A stretch of 64,000 nt of DNA from contig CAVSMY010000009.1 of NCBI GenBank assembly GCA_963729175.1, positions 82,529-146,528 of the forward strand, given 5' to 3'. Numbering within the stretch: the stretch's first letter is position 1; every line of letters begins with the position of its first letter. A program made the position numbers and the translations under genes. The stretch comes from an uncultured Chloroflexia bacterium. Lineage in GTDB: Bacteria; Chloroflexota; Limnocylindria; Limnocylindrales; CSP1-4. Shown in pieces: positions 55,486-64,000 of the stretch. The notes beneath the pieces are model-generated. The model saw nothing but the letters and a program-made list of their open reading frames with translations, was not told the DNA's origin and searched no databases.

Positions 55486-57348
55486 TCAGTCAGCCAGGAA
55501 CACATCCCGGGCGACTGTCTGACCGGTGTCCCCTCGGACGATGTCGGACAGCGACCGGCGGTACGTGATGCCATACCGATCGGCGATCCGGCCGAGCTCC
55601 GCGTCGCGGGCGTAGAAGAACCGGTCACCGTCACGGAGGGCGGTGAACTGGGCCTTCCACATCGCGAGCTGGAGCTGTCCGAACTCGGTGCCCGGGACGT
55701 GGCGCTCGCTGACCATGCCCGTGAAGGCATCGATCCGGTCGACCGATCCGAAGACCGCTCGGAGGCGGGCCGCGAGCGTCGTCCGACGCACGCCCGACGT
55801 CGCGACCGCGTCGGTGTCCGAAGGATCCATCAGGTGGCCGTCAGCATCACGGAGCTCGACGAAGTCGAGGATGCGCGGGTCGTCGATCCGGAGGCCGCCC
55901 AGACGATCGGTCGACTCACCGGTGATCGCCATGAAGCTCCGGACCGGTGCCAGGCCGTAGGCCCGGCGCAGGTCGTTGTACGAGGGGATGCCGTGGTCGC
56001 GGGCCCGCATGACGTCAGCGGCGCCCAGATCGACGACGCCGTCGAAGCAGTCCGGGTTGACCACGTCGGCTGTGCAGGTGGAAGGGTCGACGCCGGACCG
56101 CGGGACCTGGAACAGGACGCTGCGAAGCGTGTTGTCGATCTGCTCATCGTTCTTGTACTCGACCTCGCCGAGGCTGCCGAGGAAAGGCCCAAGGCCGACC
56201 TTCTCGAGCAGGTCCGGGTTGCCGAACGCGAGGCTGAGACTGATGACCAGCGTCACGCGTCCACCCTCGTGCTCGACCTCGATGCCCTGGGCCTCGAAGG
56301 CAGCGAGCTGGGCGATCGTGAAGCGGCCTTCGGGGAATGACGGTTCGAACTCCCCGTGGACCATGCTGTGGCCGCGGAACCCGACTGTCGCGAACTCATC
56401 GCTCAGGGTCGGGTCGACGGACGAGCGGTAGCCGCCGTACGTCGGCAGACGGACGCCGACCGCCGGGAGGAACTGGCTGTAGGTGATGTACTGGATCTCG
56501 GCCCCGACGACCCGCCGGGCGATGTCGTAGCGGGCCGACGGCGACAGCGTTCCAGGCAGCGCCGCGACGATCCGGTTGTGCTCGCGGACGAACAGGGTCT
56601 GGAGCGCCGTGAGGGCCATGTTCTCGTTGGCCCGCACGTCGCCGGCGACGACGGCCGCTCCGGGATCGCCCTGCTGGGCACCGAAGAGGTCCATCGGCGG
56701 AGCACCGGCCTTCGATCGCGCCCGGGGCAGGTAGCCGTTCGGCAGAAGCAGCGACGCGCCATCTGGCGCGAGGAGCCACGACCGCCGGGCGGGGTCGATG
56801 CCGTAGATCATCGACGCGTCGAGGAACGAGCTGATGGTGTTCAGCTGCTGCCGGGGGTTCATCGTGCCCGTGCCGGGTGCGGCCGGGGTCCGATCGAACG
56901 AGATCGCCCCGAAGTCGTCGCGGAAGCCCTCGAGCGGATCGGTGCTGTCGAAGGCGACGTCCGCAGCGCCGCCGGACGACTCGTCCCGCAGGCCCATGTC
57001 GTGATCGATGAACTGGCCCCATGCCCAGGCCCACTGGGAGACCCGATTCTCGGAGAACAGGTTCTGGCCGGTGTCGTTGAAGATCCGGTTGCTCACGTAC
57101 CGGGCGTTCGGCCCCGGCAACATGGCGCTCCGACCGTCCGCGTAGGCCGCGGTTGCGAGGCGACGGTAGGCCGTGCCGGCCGTCCCCCAGCTGGGATGGC
57201 CGGTGTTGTTGCCGCTGCCGTCGAACGATCTGGCCGTCGAGGTGGTGGCGGCGCCGGCCGCCGGCGAGGCGGCCCCCGCCTCGGATGGTGCGAGCGTCAC
57301 CCCGACGAGTAGCGCCAAGGCGAGAGCAGATGCCAGCACGGATCGCAT
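55486..57348 (-). CDS. Secreted animal-type heme peroxidase (peroxidase-cyclooxygenase superfamily)
   Basis: The signal peptide is MRSVLASALALALLVGVTLAPSEAGAA. FDGSGNNTGHPSWGTAG ... VSQWAWAWGQFIDHDMG (distal His region) ... GFRGHSMVH (proximal His region). GGAGG lies 6 nt before the ATG. Confidence 0.9.
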   Translation of the reverse strand: MRSVLASALALALLVGVTLAPSEAGAASPAAGAATTSTARSFDGSGNNTGHPSWGTAGTAYRRLATAAYADGRSAMLPGPNARYVSNRIFNDTGQNLFSENRVSQWAWAWGQFIDHDMGLRDESSGGAADVAFDSTDPLEGFRDDFGAISFDRTPAAPGTGTMNPRQQLNTISSFLDASMIYGIDPARRSWLLAPDGASLLLPNGYLPRARSKAGAPPMDLFGAQQGDPGAAVVAGDVRANENMALTALQTLFVREHNRIVAALPGTLSPSARYDIARRVVGAEIQYITYSQFLPAVGVRLPTYGGYRSSVDPTLSDEFATVGFRGHSMVHGEFEPSFPEGRFTIAQLAAFEAQGIEVEHEGGRVTLVISLSLAFGNPDLLEKVGLGPFLGSLGEVEYKNDEQIDNTLRSVLFQVPRSGVDPSTCTADVVNPDCFDGVVDLGAADVMRARDHGIPSYNDLRRAYGLAPVRSFMAITGESTDRLGGLRIDDPRILDFVELRDADGHLMDPSDTDAVATSGVRRTTLAARLRAVFGSVDRIDAFTGMVSERHVPGTEFGQLQLAMWKAQFTALRDGDRFFYARDAELGRIADRYGITYRRSLSDIVRGDTGQTVARDVFLAD

Positions 57349-57689
57349 CGCGAACCTCCCGTGACCTCCCGGACCCGGTCATCCGCCCTCCGTCCGTCCC
57401 CTCGGCGCGACCGGCCATGCCCGCGGCATGCGAGCCGGCAGACCCTCGGCCCGCGCCCGTCTCGCCTCCGTCGCGCCGGCGTCGCGAGGCCGTCACGGTC
57501 ACGTCACCGGACCGTCACCTGTCCGGCGCTCGGGCGAGGGGCTCGGATGCCGCAGGCCGGGCGGATGTCATGCGTGTGTCCTCTGCTCGCTCGGCTGCGG
57601 CATGGACTGTGCTCCACGGCTGATCCGGCAACCGCCCTCGGTCGACTACCATCTTCGACGAACGAGTCGCCGGCTTCCGCGGAGGGTCC

Positions 57690-57890
57690 ATGCCATATCG
57701 CCGGGAGGCCGAAGTAGTCCTGGCGATGTGGCGCGAGGTCGAGCGTGACCTCGTCAGGGCAACGCCCGGTAGCCAGGAGGCCGAGGCTCTCCAGGCCGAC
57801 GCCATCCGCCTCCGCGAGGAGTACCAGCGGCTCATCGGCGAGGCGCGCAAGCACCATCGCGACGAGCCGCCTCCGTGGCCCGGGACATGA
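57690..57890 (+). CDS. Small helical hypothetical protein (66 aa), paralogous to the C-terminal half of the 27019 gene
   Basis: MPYRREAEVVLAMWREVERDLVRATPGSQEAEALQADAIRLREEYQRLIGE aligns with AAILERWRAAERQLESTTQGSEEWLTAAAEADACREAYRRAWEM. GGAGG lies just upstream. Confidence 0.55.
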   Translation: MPYRREAEVVLAMWREVERDLVRATPGSQEAEALQADAIRLREEYQRLIGEARKHHRDEPPPWPGT

Positions 57891-58060
57891 TCCTCAGGCC
57901 GAGCCCCGCCGGCCTTCTGCGCGCGGCGGGCACGGTCGACCTTGGAACGGCGGGGCGATCAACGCGATCCGGAACAGTCGGCCCGTTGAAGCGCATCTGA
58001 TCCGATCCCCCCGACCTGTTTCCTGGTCAAAGCCTGCCGTGGCTCATGCCCCGGGCGCTG

Positions 58061-58228
58061 TCATCGCTTGCGCTGGGCCTTTGTCTCGCCGTGCTCGGCC
58101 CGCTCCTTGTTGACCGTGCGAGCCGCCCGCTCCTCGGCCTCGTCCTCGCTGACGCCGCCATCCTTGTAGCCCTCCTTGATGTGCTCGTACTGGCGCTCGC
58201 GCTTGGGGCTCCAGGCTTTCTGTGGCAC
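58061..58228 (-). CDS. Small conserved hydrophilic protein (55 aa)
   Basis: GTG at 58228 lies 5 nt after GGAGG and is in frame with ORF 58061..58867. VPQKAWSPKRERQYEHIKEGYKDGGVSEDEAEERAARTVNKERAEHGETKAQRKR. The rest of the long ORF is junk. Confidence 0.7.
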   Translation of the reverse strand: MPQKAWSPKRERQYEHIKEGYKDGGVSEDEAEERAARTVNKERAEHGETKAQRKR

Positions 58229-58432
58229 GGCTACCTCCTTCCCTCCGAGCCTGCCACGGCCTCGACGCGGGACGCCCAAGGGGCGGCCTCGGCGACCTGT
58301 CATCCGCATGTCATCCGACGTCGGGTGGGAGGGCACCGCGGGCTTGCAGCTTCGTGACAATGGCCCACCTTGGGTAGGAGCGGCGGTCCTGCTGGCATAC
58401 GATCGTCGGGTGAGGGCCGAGCAGCGTTTGGC

Positions 58433-58990
58433 GTGAGGACGGACGGGGTGACGGACCGGCTCCGGGCGGTGACCCTGCCCTCGTCCGATGCCGCCTTCGC
58501 GGCGGTCGTCCACGGCACGATCGACGACGAGGACGTCGAGTCGCCCGAGGACCTCATGGAACGCCTGAGGCCGCTCTATCCGCGGATCGCGCTCTCGGTC
58601 CGGACGCTGAGTGGCGAGGCTGGACCGACCTGGTACATCTACCGTGACGGCCGATACACGCCGACCGATCAGACCCGCTGGTGGGCGGACCCGGAGACTC
58701 CAGCATTCACGGCTGGGCGGAACGGCATCGTGACGTCGTGTGATGCGCGGGCGGCGGAACTTCTGGGCGGCCCGATCGAGGAGATCATCGGCGCGTCGGT
58801 GGTGGATCTCGTCGACCGCGACGGCGGCGCGGCCGCCCGCCGACTGCTCGCGTATCTGCTCGAGCACGGCGTCGTCGAGACGGTCATCGCGATCACCGTC
58901 GACGGGCGACGGCGACTTCTCGACGGCCGGGCCTGGGTCGATGGGGACCGGATCGAGATCCGGATCCGCGCGCTCGGTGGTCTCGCCTGA
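58433..58990 (+). CDS. Hypothetical protein with a PAS-like C-terminal region
   Basis: GTG at 58433, in frame with ORF 58370..58990. FTAGRNGIVTSCDARAAELLGGPIEEIIGASVVDLV ... resembles a PAS core. The composition is coding-like. Confidence 0.6.
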   Translation: MRTDGVTDRLRAVTLPSSDAAFAAVVHGTIDDEDVESPEDLMERLRPLYPRIALSVRTLSGEAGPTWYIYRDGRYTPTDQTRWWADPETPAFTAGRNGIVTSCDARAAELLGGPIEEIIGASVVDLVDRDGGAAARRLLAYLLEHGVVETVIAITVDGRRRLLDGRAWVDGDRIEIRIRALGGLA

Positions 58991-59248
58991 CGGTCAGCCG
59001 CGGGGCCGGCGTGGCTCGGCCTTCACTGATATGGGGTGGTGAGTGGCGGAAGCCCACCGGACACGAGAACGCAGAGTCCGGGGCCTATCGTCTCTCCCGT
59101 CACCCGCACCGGTGACAGACCGACCGCCGAGCGACGCCGGGCCCTGACGGACAAGGGAGCGCCGCAGGCGTTCTTCGACGCGATGGGTGCGCCAGGGATG
59201 TGTCCCGCTGTGGGTTCGTCCGTGGCGCATCGTCGCGTCCGGACCCGC

Positions 59249-59983
59249 TCAGGCCAGTGCGCGTACTGCGGCGGCGACGACCCGGAGGTCGCGGACGAGG
59301 CCCGAGTAGGCGGCCTCCCTGGCCGGAGCCTCAGCGGACCGCAGCACCGCCGATGGATGGATCGTGGCGATGACGAGCGGGGCCAGGTCTGACGCCAGGC
59401 GGCGGCCGTGGTCCCGGGTGACCTTCACGTCCGGCCCGACGAGCGCTACAGCCGCGGTCGCCCCCATCAGGACGAGCGCCTCGGGCTGGACGAGCGCGAG
59501 CTCGGTCTGGACCCACGGCAGACACGCGCCGACCTCGTCCCGGGTCGGCCGTTCGTGCAGCCGCCTCTTCCCGACCGGAGCCGGCCGCCACTTGAAGTGC
59601 TTGACGACGTTCGTCACGAAGGCCTTCTCGCGGTCGATGCCAGCGGCCTCGAGCGCGCCGTCGAGGATCCGACCCGCGGGCCCGACGAAGGGCTCGCCGG
59701 CGCGGTCCTCCTGGTCGCCCGGCTGCTCCCCGACGAGCATGATCGGCGCCGGGACCGGTCCGCGACCGAAGACGGTCTGCGTGGCTCGCTGCCAGAGGTG
59801 GCAGGCGCGGCACCAGCCGGCGGCCTCGGCCAGGCCGTCGAAGTCCTCGGCACCTGTCGTCGCCGCGGCAAGGGCCGTGTTGGGCAGGATGTCCGCGGGA
59901 ACGTCGAGCAGCTCCGGTGCCACACGCGATCCCGGATCGACCGCTGACTGCGCGCGACCACGGTTCGACCAGGGCGGGTTCAT
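59249..59983 (-). CDS. udgX: Family-4 uracil-DNA glycosylase of the UdgX type
   Basis: CRACHLW (Fe-S Cys), GEQPGDQED, PFVGPAGRILD, VTNVVKHFKWRPAPVGKRRLHERPTRDEVGACLPW, ATIHPSAVLR. The KRRLH insertion matches the KRRIH loop that defines Mycobacterium smegmatis UdgX. Confidence 0.9.
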   Translation of the reverse strand: MNPPWSNRGRAQSAVDPGSRVAPELLDVPADILPNTALAAATTGAEDFDGLAEAAGWCRACHLWQRATQTVFGRGPVPAPIMLVGEQPGDQEDRAGEPFVGPAGRILDGALEAAGIDREKAFVTNVVKHFKWRPAPVGKRRLHERPTRDEVGACLPWVQTELALVQPEALVLMGATAAVALVGPDVKVTRDHGRRLASDLAPLVIATIHPSAVLRSAEAPAREAAYSGLVRDLRVVAAAVRALA

Positions 59984-60058
59984 CGAGTTCGCCGCGGCGG
60001 AGCTGATCCCCGCCTTGCGACGTACGCCGGTCGACGCCCGCTGACCGGGGCGAGCGTC

Positions 60059-61009
60059 TCAAGCGGCGCTCGATCGCTCTTCGGCTGCTCGCACGGCGGC
60101 GATCCGACCCTCCTCGCGACCCGCCCGGGTGGATGCGGCGCGGCGGGCCGGGTCGAGCGTGTCCAGGCCCCGGCCGAGCACGGCCCGGGCCGCCGGCCCG
60201 GGCGTCAGGAGGCGGACGCGGCTCCCGGCCTGGACCAGGGGAGCGATCTCCGCAGCCAGGCCGCCGTGGTCGATCGGGACGAGGACGAGGAGCTCGTCGA
60301 TCCCGGCAGCGAGCCGCATGTTCGTATCGGACCGCATCCCGCCATCGATGTGGGGTCGGCCGGCGATCGTCACCGGCGGGAACAGGACCGGCAGCGCGGC
60401 ACTGGCGGCTGCGGCGTCGACGAGTGGGACGCCCGAGCCGGCATCGAAGCACACCAGTGCGCCGTCGATCGCGTCGACGGCGGTCACGAGAAGTCCCGGC
60501 GGCCAGCCCACGATCGGCTCGAGCAACGAGGCCGCGACAGCCCGCAGGGCGGTCTCGTCCTTCGTCCGGGCCGATCGGGCGATCGCCCCGATGCGTGACA
60601 GGCTCCGCTCAGGGTCGGCGGCCGTCGGCCAGGATCGCTCGGTGGTGACCGGGGGGCGACGGCGTCGTCCGACCCGCTCCGATGCGACGGCTCGAAGGGC
60701 CCGGCTGCCGACCCACATGCGCGGGACCCAGTCCAGCCGACGGCGCCGACCGACCTGGAGCATCAGCGAGCCGATCCGGCCGGTCAGGAGCCGGACCTCA
60801 GCGTCGAGCGAGTCCGCCTGCTGGGCGCGGACGAATGCCTCAAGGGTGCCGGCCGCGACATGTGCCCCGATGAACGCCCCGGCCGACGTGCCGACGATCC
60901 GGTCCCACGTCTCGACGTCCTCGCCGGCCTGCGCGAGACCCTGGAGGACACCGGCCTCCCAGGCCATCCCGGTCAGCCCGCCACCGCCGAGGACGAGGGC
61001 GCGGGTCAT
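60059..61009 (-). CDS. Patatin-like phospholipase
   Basis: LVLGGGGLTGMAWEAG (oxyanion Gly-rich loop), GTSAG (nucleophile Ser), HIDGGM (catalytic Asp). It overlaps the upstream LRR gene by 4 bp. Confidence 0.9.
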   Translation of the reverse strand: MTRALVLGGGGLTGMAWEAGVLQGLAQAGEDVETWDRIVGTSAGAFIGAHVAAGTLEAFVRAQQADSLDAEVRLLTGRIGSLMLQVGRRRRLDWVPRMWVGSRALRAVASERVGRRRRPPVTTERSWPTAADPERSLSRIGAIARSARTKDETALRAVAASLLEPIVGWPPGLLVTAVDAIDGALVCFDAGSGVPLVDAAAASAALPVLFPPVTIAGRPHIDGGMRSDTNMRLAAGIDELLVLVPIDHGGLAAEIAPLVQAGSRVRLLTPGPAARAVLGRGLDTLDPARRAASTRAGREEGRIAAVRAAEERSSAA

Positions 61010-62400
61010 GTCGCTCGCCTCGAGGCGAGCGCGACGATCGCCTCCGCCACCGCACGGATGTCCGCTTCGTTCGTCGCGTAGACCCCGACCCCACCCGACT
61101 CGGAGTCGAACACGACGCGGCCGAGGAGTGCCGGCGATCTCCGCTTGAGCTCTGTCCGGATCACTCGTTCGGCGTCGCGATTGGTCTCCGTGCGCACGAG
61201 GTCATGGAGGTCCTGGAGGATCGACCAGGATGTCACGCCCGACGCCGGCTTGTCGTACCGGACCGGGCCCACATGGACGCGACCAATCGGCTCGGGGGTG
61301 AAGCGGTATGTGATGTCGATATCCGGTCGGAGACGATCAAGGCCGGCGACGTCCGGTCCCGGTGCGCCCGTGATGATCACGCTCCTCAGACGCGGGAGGG
61401 CGGCCAGCGTGTCAAGCCGCGGGTCCCGGAGGGCGACGCATCGGAGCTCGACGTGCTCGAGGTCCGACAGACCCTCGAGGAACGCGACCGACGGGACCGG
61501 CGTCGAGCCGTCGCAGTCGCCGATGAAGCTGAACCGCCGGAGCCCGCCCAACGACCGGACGAAGCCGAGGTCGACCGGACGGTCCGCGCCGATCCGCAGG
61601 TCGAGCAGTCCAGTCAGGCTGCCGAGCGGTCCGGTCTCGTGCTCCGCTCGGAGTCCCAGCGACAGGTACTCGAGTCCACCGAGCGCATCGATGCCTGACA
61701 ACGACCGGACATCGCCGCCGAAGGACAGATGTCGCAGCCCGGCCAAGCCCCGCCAGCCGCGGAAGTCGGTCATCGACGAACCGCGAGCCTCGAGTCGCTC
61801 GAGCCCGGACAGTCGGCCGAGGGCCCGGATGTTGCCCCAGCCATTGAGCCCCAGCCACCGGACTCGCTCAAGGCCGAGCAGGGGCTCGACGGACTGCCTG
61901 AAGACCTCTGCCCTCACGCGGAGACGCTCGAGGGTGCCGACCCTGCTGATCGCTTCGCGGTCGCTCAGACGGTCGCAATCGAGATCACGGAGGTGCGGGA
62001 GCAGACTCAGGTCCGAGCCAGCGATCCGTGGTGCCACCAACGCCTGGAGTCCCGGCAGCATGGGAAGGATCTCGGGCGGGAGCGTCCCGGGAACGAGGAT
62101 CAGCAGCTCGCGCAGCTCGGGGAGCGTCACCGCCGTACGGATCTCCGCGGCCGAGACGAGCGATCCGACCCACGGCTTGGCCGCCAGGGCGTCGATGGGG
62201 ACCGGCTCTTGAGCCTGGCCGCGCGACCTCGCGAGGTCGCCATGCGGCAGGGCGACGCCGACCTGCTGGTCTGACTCCGTCGCCGAGCCGATGCCTGGCA
62301 GCAGCTCTGCGACGTGCTTCGGATGGCCGGGTGACCGGCCTGTCCAGATCCCTTCGAACGAGTATGGCGCAGCCTCGGGAACGCCAGGTCCGTCGGTCAC
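61006..62400 (-). CDS. Leucine-rich-repeat protein with unrecognised N- and C-terminal regions
   Basis: GTG at 62400 lies 11 nt after the thiolase stop and is in frame with ORF 61006..62622. There are about 10 LRR-like units (LPELRELLIL, LPGLQALVA, LPHLRDLDC, LERVRWLGLNG, LSGLERLEA, LAGLRHLSF, LGGLEYLSL, LTGLLDLRI, LGGLRRFSF, LSDLEHVEL, LPRLRSVII). A roughly 110-aa C-terminal domain follows. Confidence 0.8.
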   Translation of the reverse strand: MTDGPGVPEAAPYSFEGIWTGRSPGHPKHVAELLPGIGSATESDQQVGVALPHGDLARSRGQAQEPVPIDALAAKPWVGSLVSAAEIRTAVTLPELRELLILVPGTLPPEILPMLPGLQALVAPRIAGSDLSLLPHLRDLDCDRLSDREAISRVGTLERLRVRAEVFRQSVEPLLGLERVRWLGLNGWGNIRALGRLSGLERLEARGSSMTDFRGWRGLAGLRHLSFGGDVRSLSGIDALGGLEYLSLGLRAEHETGPLGSLTGLLDLRIGADRPVDLGFVRSLGGLRRFSFIGDCDGSTPVPSVAFLEGLSDLEHVELRCVALRDPRLDTLAALPRLRSVIITGAPGPDVAGLDRLRPDIDITYRFTPEPIGRVHVGPVRYDKPASGVTSWSILQDLHDLVRTETNRDAERVIRTELKRRSPALLGRVVFDSESGGVGVYATNEADIRAVAEAIVALASRRAT

Positions 62401-62411
62401 GTCAGGGCCCG

Positions 62412-63641
62412 TCAGCCGTCGATCCGCTCGACGATCGTCGCGATCCCCTGGCCGACGCCGATGCACATCGTCGCCAGGCCGTAGCGCCCGCCGGTCCGTC
62501 GGAGCTCGTGGACGAGCATCGTCACCAGGCGGCCGCCGCTGCTCCCGAGCGGGTGCCCGAGGGCGATCGCCCCGCCGTTGACGTTGACCTTGGCGGGGTC
62601 GAGCCCGAGCTCGTCGATGCACACGAGCGACTGCGAGGCGAAGGCCTCGTTGAGCTCGACCAGGTCGAGGTCGGCGGCGGTCAGGCCGGCCCGCGCGAGG
62701 GCCTTGCGTGTCGCCGGCACCGGGCCGACGCCCATGATCGCCGGATCGACCCCCGCGACCGCCGTCGACACGATCCGGGCCATCGGCCGGAGTCCGAGCT
62801 CCGTCGCCCGCTCGGCCTCGACGAGCAGGACCGCCGACGCGCCGTCGTTGATCCCGCTGCTGTTGCCGGCCGTGACCGATCCGCCATCTCGGAATGCCGG
62901 CCGGAGCCGCGCGAGCGCCTCGAGCGAGGTGTCGGCGCGGGGATGCTCATCGCGCTCGACCAGCGTCACCTCGGCCTTCCGGCCCGTCACCGGGACCGGC
63001 ACGAGCTGCGCCGCGAACCGGCCTTCGTCGATCGCCGCGACGGCCCGCTGGTGGCTCGTGAGGGCGAAGGCGTCCTGACGCTCGCGTGGGACCGACCAGC
63101 GCTCGGCGACGTTCTCCGCGGTCTCGCCCATCGAGTACGGGCGATGCTTCTCGGCCAGCCGCGGGTTGATGAATCGCCAGCCGAGGGTCGTGTCCTGGAG
63201 CTCGTGGGTCCCCCGCTCGTAGCCCGCCTCTGGCTTGCCCATGACCCACGGCGCCCGGGTCATGGACTCGACGCCCCCGGCGACGAACACCTCGCCGTCG
63301 CCGACGGCGATCGCGTGGGCCGCGGTGTTGATCGCCTGGAGCCCCGAGCCGCACAGCCGATTGACCGTCAGACCGGCGACCTCGACGGGCAGCCCGGCCA
63401 GGAGCACGGCCATCCGGGCGACGTCGCGGTTGTCCTCGCCAGCCTGGTTCGCACAGCCGAGGATCACGTCCTCGATCGACGCGGGGTCGATGCCGGTGCG
63501 TTCGACGATCGCCGCGATCACGAGCGCCGCAAGGTCGTCGGGACGGACGGTCGACAGCGCGCCGCCATAGCGCCCGATCGGCGTGCGGGCCGCGTCGATG
63601 ATCCAGGCATCCCGGATCGCGCGGCTCAGGTCACGGGTCAT
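62412..63641 (-). CDS. Acetyl-CoA C-acetyltransferase (thiolase II)
   Basis: ATG at 63641, in frame with ORF 62412..63671. [11 protein letters not shown] (active Cys), [33 protein letters not shown]. Confidence 0.93.
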   Translation of the reverse strand: MTRDLSRAIRDAWIIDAARTPIGRYGGALSTVRPDDLAALVIAAIVERTGIDPASIEDVILGCANQAGEDNRDVARMAVLLAGLPVEVAGLTVNRLCGSGLQAINTAAHAIAVGDGEVFVAGGVESMTRAPWVMGKPEAGYERGTHELQDTTLGWRFINPRLAEKHRPYSMGETAENVAERWSVPRERQDAFALTSHQRAVAAIDEGRFAAQLVPVPVTGRKAEVTLVERDEHPRADTSLEALARLRPAFRDGGSVTAGNSSGINDGASAVLLVEAERATELGLRPMARIVSTAVAGVDPAIMGVGPVPATRKALARAGLTAADLDLVELNEAFASQSLVCIDELGLDPAKVNVNGGAIALGHPLGSSGGRLVTMLVHELRRTGGRYGLATMCIGVGQGIATIVERIDG

Positions 63642-63705
63642 GTACCGATGGTACGTGGAGCGGCCGAGCATGGCCGGGCGCTGAACGTCTCGGAGGAGCG
63701 ACCGA

Positions 63706-64000
63706 CTAGGTCGCGATGGCCGGCAGCTGCTGGAGCGCGCTCGTGGCGAGCGCCTGGTCGGCCGACCGGACGAAGTACATCGTGTCAGCCGGGACCGTGT
63801 CCGATGTGTCGCTGTCGGCGACGTAGTAGTAGATCGGCGCCGAGCCGTCGGTCAGGGTCACCGACGTCACCGGCTTGCCGCCGAGATTCGTCCCGCCGAC
63901 GGTCGCGCCCGGCAGCGACTGCGCCCAGGAGGTGAGGAACGACTGTGGTCCGACGCCGCCCGGAGTCGTACCGACGACCTGCAGCCCGAGGATCTTGACC
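63706..64000 (-). CDS. C-terminal part of a hypothetical protein; the 5' end lies beyond the window
   Basis: It is not in the ORF track because no start lies in the window. The minus frame reads [97 protein letters not shown], then TAG at 63708..63706. Confidence 0.55.
   Translation of the reverse strand, partial: VKILGLQVVGTTPGGVGPQSFLTSWAQSLPGATVGGTNLGGKPVTSVTLTDGSAPIYYYVADSDTSDTVPADTMYFVRSADQALATSALQQLPAIAT

Noticed and set aside
1-64000. A search by eye for tRNA or rRNA genes, transposases, integrases, phage genes and flanking direct repeats that would mark a mobile island.
   Set aside because: I recognised no tRNA-like T-arm or acceptor signatures, no rRNA-like low-GC blocks and no DDE, tyrosine- or serine-recombinase motifs. 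I cannot exclude small RNAs without a covariance-model scan.

Overview
Very GC-rich (about 70% by eye), Actinomycetota-like chromosomal segment with about 60 protein-coding genes. I found no rRNA, tRNA, CRISPR array, transposase or integrase. Layout: (1) 1-19.4 kb is a methylated-amine or betaine-type catabolic island. It holds two pyrrolysine-free MttB-family methyltransferases, three FAD plus GcvT-domain oxidase genes (one sarcosine-oxidase-alpha-like, two dimethylglycine-oxidase-like), an enolase-superfamily enzyme, a divergently transcribed Opp/Dpp-type ABC importer and an IclR regulator, with a VapBC module inserted. (2) 19.9-36 kb holds envelope genes: GT2 plus a UPF0104 membrane protein, GT4 plus an amylo-alpha-1,6-glucosidase-like gene, and a lipid-phosphate cluster (two PAP2, a PhoD-like phosphatase, a DAG-kinase-family lipid kinase), then CorA and an AI-2E transporter. 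(3) 36-54 kb holds small stress proteins, a degenerate HK plus OmpR-type RR plus DUF4118-GAF-PAS HK set, topoisomerase IB, a translationally coupled ABC-2/nucleotidyltransferase/EEP operon, a paralogous second HK, a Lon-N-domain protein, a GGDEF protein and ErpA. (4) 54.7-64 kb holds a SARP regulator next to a secreted animal-type heme peroxidase, a UdgX-type uracil-DNA glycosylase, and a thiolase-LRR-patatin gene string. Cross-cutting observation: at least 16 reading-frame breaks in 11 otherwise well-conserved genes. Several lie in short G/C runs, so the window is either an indel-prone assembly or carries real pseudogenes; I cannot tell which from sequence alone. The items most worth follow-up are: the corrinoid-protein-less MttB island, the 29-bp tandem repeat plus TTGCAY-N3-RTGCAA palindrome array in a convergent intergenic region (16.58-16.81 kb), the LRR-patatin pair, the ABC-2/NTase/EEP operon, the SARP-peroxidase pair and the lipid-phosphate cluster. 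All functional calls rest on motif recognition in the translated ORFs; no database search was run.
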